From: a virus | Virus record (IMG/VR): IMGVR_UViG_3300017917_001151 | Span: 18,852 to 82,851 of that record | Length of the DNA stretch: 64,000 bases | Reading direction: 5' to 3' (one strand) | Part shown: positions 18,051-29,056 of the stretch, in pieces | How the letters are laid out: each line of letters opens with the position of its first letter | Numbering within the stretch: the stretch's first letter is position 1 | Program-made: the position numbers and the translations under genes | Notes under the pieces: generated by a model | What the model was told of the DNA's origin: nothing | The model's input: the letters and a program-made list of their open reading frames with translations, nothing else | Databases searched by the model: none

Positions 18051-18631
18051 ATACAGAACATTTACATCACTGGATGCAGGCAATACGCCAAAGTCCGGAT
18101 CCTATGCGTACTATGGACGCATTCTGGTCGGGGCAACTTAAAAGCAAAGAGTGGTTGATCACAAATCTACGTAAGCACGTTAACAAGTTTGTTACTGTAG
18201 ATATTCATGGAGGTTGGGTAGGAGTATTGGCTAGTATGCTGTTCCAGAGCGATGTTCCTATTCTTAATATTCGTAGCATAGACATAGATCCTAATTGCGA
18301 ACCAATCGCTATCAATATGAACAAGATAGAAGAGATGGTGGGAAAATTTCAGGCAGTAACATCTGATATGTGTACCGTTAGCAGTAATGCTGATGTTGTT
18401 ATCAATACTAGCTGCGAACACATAACACAAGAACAATATGATCTATGGCTGACTGGTCTTCCTCATGATAGGTTATTGGTACTACAGAGCAACAATTATA
18501 ACATTCCAGAGCACGTTAGAATAGCCAATGACCTAGAAGAATTTAAACAACAATGCCATGTTAGTGTGTTATGGGCAGGTGAACTAGAACTACCATTGTA
18601 TAAGCGGTTTATGATTATAGGAAAAAAATAA
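18041..18631 (+). CDS. Class I SAM-dependent methyltransferase-like protein
   Basis: DIHGGWVG, IDID and INTSCEH motifs. Confidence 0.7.
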   Translation: MQIDTEHLHHWMQAIRQSPDPMRTMDAFWSGQLKSKEWLITNLRKHVNKFVTVDIHGGWVGVLASMLFQSDVPILNIRSIDIDPNCEPIAINMNKIEEMVGKFQAVTSDMCTVSSNADVVINTSCEHITQEQYDLWLTGLPHDRLLVLQSNNYNIPEHVRIANDLEEFKQQCHVSVLWAGELELPLYKRFMIIGKK

Positions 18632-18654
18632 TATGTAATCATATTATTGATAAA

Positions 18655-19647
18655 ATGGAATTAATTGAAATAAAACAAGACGGATGGGATCCAGAAACAT
18701 TGTGGGTCGAACTAACTATCGGAAATATCTGCAATTTTAAATGTTGGTATTGTTTTCCGGGGTACAACGACGGCAGTATAAAGTGGCCGGACTACGATCT
18801 GTTGATTTCTAATCTTTCTCATTTGTTGGATTATTATCAAACACATACAGATAAGAAAAAATTTGCTATTCATTTATTAGGTGGCGAAATTATTTTTTGG
18901 AAGAGATTCGTCGACCTTTCTAAATTTTTAAAAGAAAATTATAACTGTGTAATCATATTAACAACAAATGCTTCTAAAAATATAGATTGGTGGGAAGAAT
19001 CTGTTGGATGGTTAGACATTGTTCATATAAGTGTTCATCATGAATTTTCAAATCCTAAACATATAATCGATGTAGCAGATTTTTTATACGACAAAAAAGT
19101 AGAAGTTGAGGTAAATGTATTCATGGATCCCTTTAAATGGGAAACATGCGCCGACATAGTTGAAGCGTTGAAAAACAGCAAAAATGTTTGGGATATAAAT
19201 TACAAAGAAATCCAATTTGATATACATAGAAGATATAACAAAGACCAAGATGAGTTACTCAATAAAGTAAACGCAAGGTCGTCAAACAAAGACAAAAAAT
19301 TTGTCATAGCACCGATGTCTCATAGACATTTTGTAAAAGGTGTTGATGTTAACGGAAAAGAACAATCCTACGGATTTAATGATTTACTTTCTCAAAGAAA
19401 CAACGAATTTAAAGGTTGGGACTGTAATGTTGGAGTAGATTGGATTGCCGTTCATGCAGACGGAACAGTTTCTGGAATTTGTAGAAATGGTTTATACAAA
19501 GATGGAAAAACTTATAATATTTTTGATCTAAATTTTAAAGAACAGTTCAACCCATCTATTACCAGTTCTATTTGTACAACTGATCGTTGTTGGTGTATAT
19601 TTGAAGTTAATATGCCTAAAAGAAAAATCATACCAATTTTATCATGA
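18655..19647 (+). CDS. Radical SAM protein, group A
   Basis: CNFKCWYC, GGE, CNVG...C..RCWC. Confidence 0.92.
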   Translation: MELIEIKQDGWDPETLWVELTIGNICNFKCWYCFPGYNDGSIKWPDYDLLISNLSHLLDYYQTHTDKKKFAIHLLGGEIIFWKRFVDLSKFLKENYNCVIILTTNASKNIDWWEESVGWLDIVHISVHHEFSNPKHIIDVADFLYDKKVEVEVNVFMDPFKWETCADIVEALKNSKNVWDINYKEIQFDIHRRYNKDQDELLNKVNARSSNKDKKFVIAPMSHRHFVKGVDVNGKEQSYGFNDLLSQRNNEFKGWDCNVGVDWIAVHADGTVSGICRNGLYKDGKTYNIFDLNFKEQFNPSITSSICTTDRCWCIFEVNMPKRKIIPILS

Positions 19648-21194
19648 AGCATCACGTTTTATTTTTTTCATTATCCGGTAAACGATGGGAACGAGCTCTA
19701 TGGTCTCATAGAGTCGCTACCTTTTTGCGAATGAACGATTGGGATGCCGAAGTAATTGATTTTGCTTCTTTTTGGAAACTAATAGAACTTCAAGAACTTG
19801 TTAGAAGTCGTGTCTCGAATAAAACTGTGATGTTTTGTTTTGGAACTGCATTTTTAAATCCGTGGAGCCCCTATATGAATGAATTTATAGCGTGGCTTAA
19901 AACAGAATATCCAACCATTCCTGTGGTAGTGGGTGGAAATAATGCATTGGTAACTCCTGCTGTTGGTGTAGATTATTGGGTTGACAGTTATGGAGAGAAC
20001 GCTGTTCTTTCTCTTTGCAGACACCTTATTGGAACATTAGGCGCACCTTTACTAACTGATCCCGCATTCTTCGGTTCAAAGAAAGTTATTAGAGGACTTT
20101 ATCATTATCCTAGTGCTCCGTTAGACAGTTATCTAGTAGATTACGAAGAACGTGATTTCATGAGTCCCTATGAATGTCCTCAGATAGAAACTGCACGTGG
20201 TTGTATGTTTAGTTGTTCTTACTGTAACTTTCCTATTATAGGACAAGCTAAAGACGTAAGTGTGAGCAAAGAAGAATTTAAACGTCAGATGCAGACAGGC
20301 TATGAAAAGTGGGGTATTAAGAATTGGCGGGTAATGGATGAAACATTTAATGACCGTCCAGAGAAATTGCAAAAGTATGCAGACGCAGTAGACGAGCTAG
20401 GATACAATCCGTGGATATGTGGTTTTGCTCGCGGCGACCTAGTTGTTAAACATCGAGAGCATTGGGACACTTATATTAGATTAGGATTCCTTGGCCACAG
20501 CATGGGCATTGAAACTTTTAACAAAGAAGCAGGTCGACTTGTACGCAAGGGCATGGATCCAGATAAACTTAAAGAAGGTCTGCTAGAATTTCAAGCATAC
20601 ACAGACATACATGCACCTAGACGTTATAGGGCAAACATACAAATGATCTGTGGTATCCCGGGTGAAAGTACCGAATCATGGAACGACTCGTTGCAATGGC
20701 TCAACACATATTGGTTAAGACAAAGCGCCAGCGCACATATACTAGAAGTTCCAGATTATGATGAAACATTAACTAACCAAAGTCGTTTTACTAAAGAATT
20801 AGTTAGCAATGGTCTAATTAAATTAGATTCTAGGCAGAATCCCGGATATGAAGTTTCTAAAGATAATAACGGAAATGTAATATTTAAATCTACAACCCCA
20901 CGTGGAGGCGGCGTTGGTTCGACTAGAAACGATGTTGTGATATGGAAACACAACAATATGGATTGGTATCAGGCTCAGCAACTAGTAAGTGATTTTTATT
21001 CTGAAAACGGATTTAAGGGTCTTAGAGGCTGTAACCCTTTTCTATCAGATAGGTTATTTCCGTATTACCAAACAGATGTCTATGAAGATGTATACGATAT
21101 TAGATTAAGTGATATTGATACAGCTGATCAAAAATATAATGACATTCTACAAAATTATATTAACAAAAAGTTAAGTTGGAGTCCCAGTGTTTAA
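19644..21194 (+). CDS. B12-binding-type radical SAM protein, group B
   Basis: N-terminal flavodoxin-like domain (VVVGG, YGE); ETARGCMFSCSYC; DETFN; GIET. Confidence 0.88.
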   Translation: MKHHVLFFSLSGKRWERALWSHRVATFLRMNDWDAEVIDFASFWKLIELQELVRSRVSNKTVMFCFGTAFLNPWSPYMNEFIAWLKTEYPTIPVVVGGNNALVTPAVGVDYWVDSYGENAVLSLCRHLIGTLGAPLLTDPAFFGSKKVIRGLYHYPSAPLDSYLVDYEERDFMSPYECPQIETARGCMFSCSYCNFPIIGQAKDVSVSKEEFKRQMQTGYEKWGIKNWRVMDETFNDRPEKLQKYADAVDELGYNPWICGFARGDLVVKHREHWDTYIRLGFLGHSMGIETFNKEAGRLVRKGMDPDKLKEGLLEFQAYTDIHAPRRYRANIQMICGIPGESTESWNDSLQWLNTYWLRQSASAHILEVPDYDETLTNQSRFTKELVSNGLIKLDSRQNPGYEVSKDNNGNVIFKSTTPRGGGVGSTRNDVVIWKHNNMDWYQAQQLVSDFYSENGFKGLRGCNPFLSDRLFPYYQTDVYEDVYDIRLSDIDTADQKYNDILQNYINKKLSWSPSV

Positions 21195-22239
21195 GTTTGA
21201 TCAATTAGAACAAATCCATTTAGAGATTACAAATAATTGTCAGGCGTCTTGTCCTATGTGTACAAGAAACATTAACAGCGGATTAGAGAATCCATTAATT
21301 AAAATACAGAATTGGACACTAGGCGACTTTAAGACCATAATGTCTGAAGAAGTATTGAAACAAATTAAGAGTTATTATTTCTGCGGAAACTTTGGTGATC
21401 CGATCATTAATAATGACCTTATTGAAATGTGTAGGTATACAACAGAAGTATCTCCAGATGTTCGAGTCGCTATTCATACAAACGGTGGCGCAAGAAGCAA
21501 AGCATGGTGGACACTATTAGCTCACGCACTTCCAAAAAATCATTCAGTGATGTTCGCCATAGACGGGTTAGAAGATACTCATCAGCTGTATAGGGTAGGA
21601 ACGACCTATGACGATGTTGTTGAAAATGCTCGTGCTTTTATTCTAGCAGGCGGTAATGCCGAATGGGTGTTTATTAAATTTAAACACAACGAACATCAGG
21701 TAGACGAAGCAAGACGTAGAGCTAACAAATTAGGGTTTTCTAAATTTACATTAAAAAATAGTAGACGTTTCATTGTAGAACCTTTTGTAAAAGTATTGGA
21801 TAGAAACGGAAACTTAACACACGTCATTGAACCTTCAACTGAAACTCCTCTGAAGTTTATCGATAGAAAAATAATAGATTCTTATAAACAGATAGTTGAT
21901 AGTTCTGTCATAAGTTGCGAAGTCCAAAAAAATAAAGAAGTGTATATAGATGCTTACAAAAATTTATATCCGTGTTGTTGGTTAGGCAATGTACCTTATA
22001 GTTCTGGAAATTTAGAATTCGAAGTACAGAAAGAAACTAAACAACAGCATCTAGAACTTGTAAAAAAATTAGGAAATACTAATACGATAGATAGATCTAT
22101 AAAAGACATTATCAACAGTAACGAATATCAAACTGTTTGGCATGATTATTGGAACATAAACAAACTAATTGTTTGTGCTAGAACCTGTAGTGTCAACACT
22201 AGTTTTTCTAAACCAAAGGATCAATTCGTATGCGAATAA
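21187..22239 (+). CDS. Radical SAM/SPASM protein, group C
   Basis: CQASCPMC, GNFGDP, PCC and C...C motifs. Confidence 0.92.
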   Translation: MFKFDQLEQIHLEITNNCQASCPMCTRNINSGLENPLIKIQNWTLGDFKTIMSEEVLKQIKSYYFCGNFGDPIINNDLIEMCRYTTEVSPDVRVAIHTNGGARSKAWWTLLAHALPKNHSVMFAIDGLEDTHQLYRVGTTYDDVVENARAFILAGGNAEWVFIKFKHNEHQVDEARRRANKLGFSKFTLKNSRRFIVEPFVKVLDRNGNLTHVIEPSTETPLKFIDRKIIDSYKQIVDSSVISCEVQKNKEVYIDAYKNLYPCCWLGNVPYSSGNLEFEVQKETKQQHLELVKKLGNTNTIDRSIKDIINSNEYQTVWHDYWNINKLIVCARTCSVNTSFSKPKDQFVCE

Positions 22240-23075
22240 AAATTGCTCCTGAATACTCTGCAGACTATTTAGAAATAGAACGACCACAACCATTGTCGGA
22301 CAATCTTTTAGAAAAGACAATACAAGATGTAATGTCTGGAAAAATTAATTCTAAGTTTGATTTAGTCTACGACGAATTTAAAAAAGAAATGCCAGGGTGG
22401 TTATTAAAAAGTAGAGTAAATCATTTAACCGGATTAGATACCTTTACACGTTTAGACATTATAAATGGTTGCACTCAGTTTATCGACAACCTGTATATGC
22501 AGGGACCTGTGCAAGTACTTCGCGGTGATTATAGATACCACCAAAGATTAGGATTAGCGTATGTTAAGGATGTGGGCTCGCTGATTCCAGATATTCCTTT
22601 AATCGTAGCAATGCCGTTTCCTAGCATTGGTGCTCCACATCAAGACATGGAGGAAATACTATATGAATGCAAACTTAAAAATATTAAAGTGCATATTGAT
22701 GGTGCTTGGATCAGTTGCTGCAGGGATATTAATTTTGATTTTAGTAATGAAGTTATTAGATCCGTTGGCATCAGCCTTAGTAAAGGTCTTGGTTTAGGTT
22801 GGAACAGAATAGGCTTACGTTGGACTAAAGACACTGAAGCAGATAGTATTACAATCATGAATGACTTTAACATGAACCTACGTGCTACTGCTATGATCGG
22901 TCTTCACTTTATTCGAAATATAGAAGTAGATTATCTTTGGAATACACACAAAGATAGATACTATAAAGTTTGTAAAGATTTTGAGCTAACACCTACTAAG
23001 GCTATATATCTAGCATTAAAAGATAATCAACCAGTCGGTGTTAGCCCATTAATAAGATATTTAGAAAATGAGTGA
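22230..23075 (+). CDS. PLP-dependent fold-type-I enzyme-like protein
   Basis: HIDGAW and SLSKG..GW.RIG motifs. Confidence 0.6.
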   Translation: MRIKIAPEYSADYLEIERPQPLSDNLLEKTIQDVMSGKINSKFDLVYDEFKKEMPGWLLKSRVNHLTGLDTFTRLDIINGCTQFIDNLYMQGPVQVLRGDYRYHQRLGLAYVKDVGSLIPDIPLIVAMPFPSIGAPHQDMEEILYECKLKNIKVHIDGAWISCCRDINFDFSNEVIRSVGISLSKGLGLGWNRIGLRWTKDTEADSITIMNDFNMNLRATAMIGLHFIRNIEVDYLWNTHKDRYYKVCKDFELTPTKAIYLALKDNQPVGVSPLIRYLENE

Positions 23076-24453
23076 AAAGATCAAAAGCTACATTAAGTTA
23101 ATTGAAGAACGTACAGGTTCTCCTACGTTCTGTGTTTTGCCATGGGTGCATATGGCTACCAGACCAAATGGAGATTGCAGATTATGCTGTGTAGCTAATG
23201 CCAGCGGTGCTCAAACGGGCGACCATGCAGTTGGCCTCGTTAGAAAAGAAAATGGACGACCAGCTAACTTCGGAGTAGATACACCCGTTGAAGCATTTAA
23301 TAATGAGTACATGAAGAATGTAAGATTAACGATGCTAGATGGAAAAGTTCCTGCAAGTTGTACAAAATGTTTTGAAGAAGAAAGCAACGGCGTTGTTAGT
23401 AAACGTTTGTGGGAAATGTACGATTGGAACAATGATGGCTTTGACTTTAATAAGGTCATCGATGAAACAGCAGAGGACGGAACAGTTCCTCCTGTAATTA
23501 GATACCTGGATCTAAGATTAGGTCATACCTGCAATTTGAAATGCGTTATGTGTAGTCCTCATGACAGCAGCCGTTGGGTACAAGATTATGACAAGGTTAT
23601 GTCATCAGTTAAAAGTCCTATCGTATTAAAACAAATTAATTGGGACGGAAACGAATTTAACAATTACTGGTATGAAAAGCCAGAATTCTGGGACGATATA
23701 TTTGCACAGATTCCAAACATAAAGAAACTATACTTTGCAGGCGGCGAGCCTTTGATGATTAAAGAACATCAAAGATTCTTAGAAGAAATTATTGCTAGAG
23801 GATATGCAAAAGAAATAAGTCTAAGATATAACTCTAATGGTATATTGTTAACAGAAAAAATGATAGAGTTGTGGACTAATTTTAAACACGTAAAGTTTAA
23901 TGTTAGCATTGATGCCGAGGGTGATCGTAATTACTATATTCGTTATCCTACAGAATGGAATGATGTAATCCGTGTGTTGAAACGCTTAGACGAAACACCC
24001 GATAATATTTCTTCTAGTATTGAAGTAGCAGTCCAGGCATTGAATGCAGAGCATTTACCTGACTTTGCTAAATTTGTTTTAGGACAAAATTTTAAAAAAG
24101 TCAATAAACATTATCTATCAGAGTATCAAGCAGGTGGCGGAATATTCAGTATGCACCTGTTATTCATTCCTACATTTTTATCTGCACGTATTCTTCCTAA
24201 GGAACATAAAGAACGTATTCGTAAAAAGTTTATGGAATTTAAACAATGGCTATGGGACAACTATAGACAAGACGATGACTTCTGGGTCAATAATCCTTAC
24301 GGCTGGGCACGTTGGGAAGCCATATTAAAATTTATCGAAGCAGAAGATCACAGTTATATGCTTCCAGACTTTAAAGATTATTTTAACAATTTAGATAATA
24401 TCAGAAGTTTAAATGCATCAACAACATTTCCGGAGTTAGGAGATATACTTTGA
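23068..24453 (+). CDS. Radical SAM protein with N-terminal twitch domain, group D
   Basis: FCVLPW, LCC and CTKC, then CNLKCVMC and GGEP. Confidence 0.92.
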   Translation: MSEKIKSYIKLIEERTGSPTFCVLPWVHMATRPNGDCRLCCVANASGAQTGDHAVGLVRKENGRPANFGVDTPVEAFNNEYMKNVRLTMLDGKVPASCTKCFEEESNGVVSKRLWEMYDWNNDGFDFNKVIDETAEDGTVPPVIRYLDLRLGHTCNLKCVMCSPHDSSRWVQDYDKVMSSVKSPIVLKQINWDGNEFNNYWYEKPEFWDDIFAQIPNIKKLYFAGGEPLMIKEHQRFLEEIIARGYAKEISLRYNSNGILLTEKMIELWTNFKHVKFNVSIDAEGDRNYYIRYPTEWNDVIRVLKRLDETPDNISSSIEVAVQALNAEHLPDFAKFVLGQNFKKVNKHYLSEYQAGGGIFSMHLLFIPTFLSARILPKEHKERIRKKFMEFKQWLWDNYRQDDDFWVNNPYGWARWEAILKFIEAEDHSYMLPDFKDYFNNLDNIRSLNASTTFPELGDIL

Positions 24454-25487
24454 AACCTATTAAGATAGTGTCAACTCAACGAGAAAACTTATTAGATATT
24501 CGTTGGACTCCTAACAATGTTTGCAATTTTAAATGCCGATATTGCTTTCCTAACAGTAATACAGGAGAGTATACTAGTCCAAAAGATCTTGATTTAATCG
24601 TTAACAATTTTAATTTTTTATTAAAAGAATACAAAGAAAAGTTAGGTAAGACCAGAACACATTTAAAAATTGCAGGAGGAGAGCCTACTCTATGGAAAGA
24701 TTTAGATGTGTTCATCGAACGTATTAAAAAAGAAAACGAAGTATATGTGTCTTTGATCACTAACGGTTCTAGAACACTTCGTTGGTGGAAAGAACACGGG
24801 CACATGTTTGATAATGTACATTTAACACATCATGTTGCACAGGGTAAATTAGATCATACGATAGCTGTTGCTGATACCATGTATGACTTTGGTAAGAAGA
24901 TTACTGTTAAGGTGTTAATGGATTTAGAATGTTGGGACGAATGTGTCGCCGCAGTTGAATATCTAAAAACAAATAGCAGAAACAGATTCTTAATAATGGT
25001 TGGTGAAGTTATCGAACCGGAAGTATCCGACCTAGCAGGCATTAGAGTTGTCAACGCAGAAGATTTAAAGTATACACAAGATCAAAAGAAGTATCTCAGT
25101 AAAGGTCTAAGACGGATTCCGGGACCGTGGTGGTTCTGGAAAAATAGACATTTGATCACCTCTGGTGAAATTAGATTGTATGAAAGCGTGGCTACCTTAG
25201 AAGATGGTACTACGATCAAAGCAAAATCAGAAACTTATATTAATAAAAATTGGAATAACTTTAAAGGTTGGAGTTGTAATATAGGCATTGAAGGTATCTT
25301 CATTGATTGGAAAGGAGATATCAAAGGTTCATGCAACGAACACCTATTTGGATTAGACTACGATTACAACATATTAGATTCTGACTTTTCAAAAAAATTT
25401 AATTTAAATCCTGTTCCTGCAATCTGCACAAAGTATAATTGTCTTTGCACACCAGAGACACATATATCAAAGGTTAAACTTAGTTAA
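24450..25487 (+). CDS. Radical SAM protein, group A
   Basis: CNFKCRYC, GGEPT, CNIG...C..NCLC. Confidence 0.92.
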   Translation: MKPIKIVSTQRENLLDIRWTPNNVCNFKCRYCFPNSNTGEYTSPKDLDLIVNNFNFLLKEYKEKLGKTRTHLKIAGGEPTLWKDLDVFIERIKKENEVYVSLITNGSRTLRWWKEHGHMFDNVHLTHHVAQGKLDHTIAVADTMYDFGKKITVKVLMDLECWDECVAAVEYLKTNSRNRFLIMVGEVIEPEVSDLAGIRVVNAEDLKYTQDQKKYLSKGLRRIPGPWWFWKNRHLITSGEIRLYESVATLEDGTTIKAKSETYINKNWNNFKGWSCNIGIEGIFIDWKGDIKGSCNEHLFGLDYDYNILDSDFSKKFNLNPVPAICTKYNCLCTPETHISKVKLS

Positions 25488-26372
25488 CGGTATATCAGCG
25501 GCACATGTACACCAGTCTCGTGTGCATATAACTGGATCGCTAGGAGCAACAAACGTACCTTGGTATATGTTGCCTAGGCTACCACCTACCCTACAGGTAG
25601 CACGATGCACTTCCCCATTCCAATTAATCATGAGGCTTTCGAGACCGGCGTTACATGTCCATCCCTTGAATTGATTTAGATGTTTCTTAATAACATCGTT
25701 GGCATGAAAATAAACAGGTTCTTCGTTATGATTATGAATCACAGTATTTGGTTTTGCGGTTGACTCATGATCTAATATCCATTGTAGATCTTTTCCGTCG
25801 TATCTAAGGTCGTCGAATACGTTATGATCTCCCTCGGTCCATCGTATTCTACGAACAGCATACTTAATACCTATTTCGTTAAATTTGTTAACCACAGTTT
25901 TTACCTTAGGCATATAACTGTGATGAGCCATTACATTAACAAAGAAATCACGTTCTGTGCTATCATAAAATTTTAATATCGTGTCGACGATTCTTGTGTA
26001 ATCGTGTTCAAAGTGTAGACTGAAAACGAGATGATTAAAATACATTTCGTTATCTAAATACCAACGATATCCCCTAGTGCCATTTGTTGTAACATTAACC
26101 CAGAACACATTTTTACGTTTTAGGTAATCAAACAAATCTTCGATGTCCGGATGTACACAGGGCTCACCTCCGGTTAGACTAATGCGTAAAGGTTTACCTA
26201 TTTCGCACAATCTGTCTACAGCAGATTCTAAAACATTGATGTTTGTATGAGGACTAAAATTATCATGAATACTGCTAGGACAATAACTGCAATCGTAGTT
26301 ACAACGTTTACCTAGATTCCATTCTATCTTAATTTGGTCTTGGTGCGGCCATGAACTTGTAACCTTATACAT
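25467..26372 (-). CDS. Radical SAM protein, group A
   Basis: CNYDCSYC, GGEP, CNAG...C..WCTC. Confidence 0.92.
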   Translation of the reverse strand: MYKVTSSWPHQDQIKIEWNLGKRCNYDCSYCPSSIHDNFSPHTNINVLESAVDRLCEIGKPLRISLTGGEPCVHPDIEDLFDYLKRKNVFWVNVTTNGTRGYRWYLDNEMYFNHLVFSLHFEHDYTRIVDTILKFYDSTERDFFVNVMAHHSYMPKVKTVVNKFNEIGIKYAVRRIRWTEGDHNVFDDLRYDGKDLQWILDHESTAKPNTVIHNHNEEPVYFHANDVIKKHLNQFKGWTCNAGLESLMINWNGEVHRATCRVGGSLGNIYQGTFVAPSDPVICTRDWCTCAADIPLTKFNL

Positions 26373-27630
26373 AGGGCCTAAACTCCGGTGTCACATCAAC
26401 AAATGATTGATCTCGAGTCATATCTAACCTGCGATTAAATTCAATACAGTCATGCCAGCGATGGCTTTCATTTTCTGAGTTTAAGAAATTAATAACTCCT
26501 TGTATTTGTCCGTAGGTTAAATTTTCTAACATAGGATGTTCTTTAACTAGTTTAAAATCTTTAACACGAGATTTAACTTTTTCTAATCTTTCTATGGCCA
26601 CTAGTTGAAGTTCTCGAGGCATCACTTGTATAGATAAAACATCGGGATATCTAACCATATTTGTATAGAATACTATTCCTAGATCATCTAAGAAATATTC
26701 TACCATTTTATCTAATATCATGATGTTGCTGACCTGAACAGCAACAGCACCTACTATACGACTGATGTTTGGTATAGTTTGTATTTGCTTGATGTTGTTG
26801 ATAAGTTCGGCCCAACTAGCATTTCCTCGTATGTATTCATAACTAGTACCGATACCGTCAATGCTTACATTAACTGCTACTGATTTAAATTTAGGCCAAT
26901 ATTGCCAAACAGTTCGATTATTTTTTCCTAGCATACTCAGGTTAGTAGCATACTTAATTTCAATTTGATGACCGTATGGTGCTAACATATCTAATATGCG
27001 ATAATGTTGCGGATCCATTAAAGGTTCACCGCCTGCAAATTCTACTCGACGAAAATGCGGTAAATTATTTTCTAAGCTAGACCACCAATTGGGATTATCT
27101 TCAAATTTATCTAATAGAGGCTTACGCTCTAAGTTATGGTCTTCTACTAGATTATAAATTACTTTACCTGTGTCTTTATAAAAATCTTTTACCTCTGACC
27201 AATCGTTCCAGCTCGTACTATCTCCTGGATGGCACATACGACACTTTAAATTACACAGGTTATTAAGTTTTAATTCCATTGTAGGAATTTCAAACGGCAT
27301 TGTGAAATCGCTGCGCATGGATTCTGTTGCTCGTGGATACAACTTAATACGTGCTTCTGGTATCTCGCCCTTAACGTGGCGCTGCCGTAGACTTTCTACT
27401 CCCTGATCCTCTAAACTAAAACATGGTTCGCACTCTGGCGGACGATATCCTGTAAGAACCTGCTTACGGATACGTTTCATATTATCTCCGTTCCAGATTT
27501 CTTCTAATGTTTCATTTTGTATCCATCCAATGGGATGACTGCGACAGCATACCTGAATGGCTCCGTCTTCTCTAGTTGCAAGACCAGTAAACGGATGCAT
27601 ACAGAATGTAGGAGGATTAATGTTGTTCAA
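26365..27630 (-). CDS. Radical SAM protein with N-terminal twitch domain, group D
   Basis: FCMHPF, VCC and CEPC, then CNLKCRMC. Confidence 0.92.
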   Translation of the reverse strand: MNNINPPTFCMHPFTGLATREDGAIQVCCRSHPIGWIQNETLEEIWNGDNMKRIRKQVLTGYRPPECEPCFSLEDQGVESLRQRHVKGEIPEARIKLYPRATESMRSDFTMPFEIPTMELKLNNLCNLKCRMCHPGDSTSWNDWSEVKDFYKDTGKVIYNLVEDHNLERKPLLDKFEDNPNWWSSLENNLPHFRRVEFAGGEPLMDPQHYRILDMLAPYGHQIEIKYATNLSMLGKNNRTVWQYWPKFKSVAVNVSIDGIGTSYEYIRGNASWAELINNIKQIQTIPNISRIVGAVAVQVSNIMILDKMVEYFLDDLGIVFYTNMVRYPDVLSIQVMPRELQLVAIERLEKVKSRVKDFKLVKEHPMLENLTYGQIQGVINFLNSENESHRWHDCIEFNRRLDMTRDQSFVDVTPEFRPYV

Positions 27631-28345
27631 TTGCCCACGCCCTCTCTTTACACCAAAAACATGTTCCGCAGATTGGAACTTCTTGACCTTTTGTATATGT
27701 CATATAATTTATATTATCTATCTCACCTTCGCAGCTTCGAGTAAGGTTGAATAGATCCATGATGTCAAGCCTTTTATATTGTTTCAATACCCAAGACTTA
27801 TCGACGAACCTAAAAGGATGACTCGCTACTACTCCCATATGTATCATATATTCTAAATGTCTATTGTTGTTATTAGGTTCTATATCTCTTTCAGACATTC
27901 CACCTAGATCAACTAAAGGATTTTTAGTTACAGCATTATAGTATGCATCTATATTTTGAGATTTACAAATATATTCAGCATAGGCACGTTGCTGTATATT
28001 ATCTCCACTTACATGTTTTCCGTATTCGTCAACTAGATTTGGCCCCATGTTAGCATATTCTAATTCCGGAGCAATAAAATTTGTATGCCTTTTAAATTTG
28101 GTATGATAGAATCTTTGAAACAGCCAACCGAATACTTTATCGGCATCGTGTTGTTGCCACGGTTTGGTTTTCCAACATCTAACATGATTCACGATATGAA
28201 TAGTAGTATCGGTTTCACGAGTTAGATCACACAGTAGATAGGCCAACAATGCAGAATCTGCACCACCACTAAGAGCGATGCCTATGTTTTTCCAATTACG
28301 ATTGTAAGGAATTTGGACGCCTTCTATGTCGTGGAAATAACTCAT
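27617..28345 (-). CDS. QueC-like PP-loop ATPase
   Basis: LSGGADS PP-loop; TRSC...CGTCFWCKER Zn motif. Confidence 0.7.
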   Translation of the reverse strand: MSYFHDIEGVQIPYNRNWKNIGIALSGGADSALLAYLLCDLTRETDTTIHIVNHVRCWKTKPWQQHDADKVFGWLFQRFYHTKFKRHTNFIAPELEYANMGPNLVDEYGKHVSGDNIQQRAYAEYICKSQNIDAYYNAVTKNPLVDLGGMSERDIEPNNNNRHLEYMIHMGVVASHPFRFVDKSWVLKQYKRLDIMDLFNLTRSCEGEIDNINYMTYTKGQEVPICGTCFWCKERAWAIEQH

Positions 28346-28349
28346 GAAA

Positions 28350-28379
28350 TATTTAACCTATAAACTACGCATATAAATA
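28350..28379. promoter_or_regulatory. Divergent pair of TAAATA late-promoter-like motifs
   Basis: TAAATA on minus 28355-28350 and TATAAATA on plus 28372-28379; 4 and 5 nt from their ATGs. Confidence 0.7.
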
Positions 28380-28384
28380 TTTTT

Positions 28385-29056
28385 ATGCTTACTAAACTCA
28401 ATTATACAGTATCTAGAGAATTAATACAAGAAGCACTTAGTAATATACCATCTGACGATTTTAGATTATCTATCAACGAGCCCACTGGTAGTTTTTTCTA
28501 CGACCCGTGGGAAGTTAAGCAGGAATTTAAAGATACTGTTTGGGACAGACTATTATCAACGTTACCTTTTGCAGTAGGCGAAGCAAGAATAATCATTTTA
28601 AAATACGGAACCTGTTATCAGAGCCACGGTGATATTGACGACAGATATCATCTTAATCTTAGCAGCCATTACGCATACCTAATAAATTTAGAAACCGAAA
28701 CAATGTATCCCTTGTCGGCCGACGGCAATTGGTACGAGATGAATGCAGGATCGAGACACAGTGCTGCAAATTTTGGATACACAAATAGAATTCAATTCGT
28801 TGTTAGAAAGCTATTGACTAGAAATAATTTGTCTAATCCTGTTAGCATTAAAATGTCATACGTGGGTTCGGATAAAGATAGTGTGAGGTTTATATTTGAT
28901 GACACAATAAGTCCTTGGTTAAACAAAGCAAACAAACAACAAATAATAACAGATTTTAATTTTGCACATAATGACGTGAGATTTAAAATAGAAAAAGAAA
29001 ATTTAACAGATATAGAAAAAATACTCCCAACAGACTTTAGGATTGAATTATTATGA
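28385..29056 (+). CDS. Asp/Asn beta-hydroxylase-like Fe(II)/2OG oxygenase
   Basis: HGD...HSAAN..R pattern. Confidence 0.7.
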   Translation: MLTKLNYTVSRELIQEALSNIPSDDFRLSINEPTGSFFYDPWEVKQEFKDTVWDRLLSTLPFAVGEARIIILKYGTCYQSHGDIDDRYHLNLSSHYAYLINLETETMYPLSADGNWYEMNAGSRHSAANFGYTNRIQFVVRKLLTRNNLSNPVSIKMSYVGSDKDSVRFIFDDTISPWLNKANKQQIITDFNFAHNDVRFKIEKENLTDIEKILPTDFRIELL

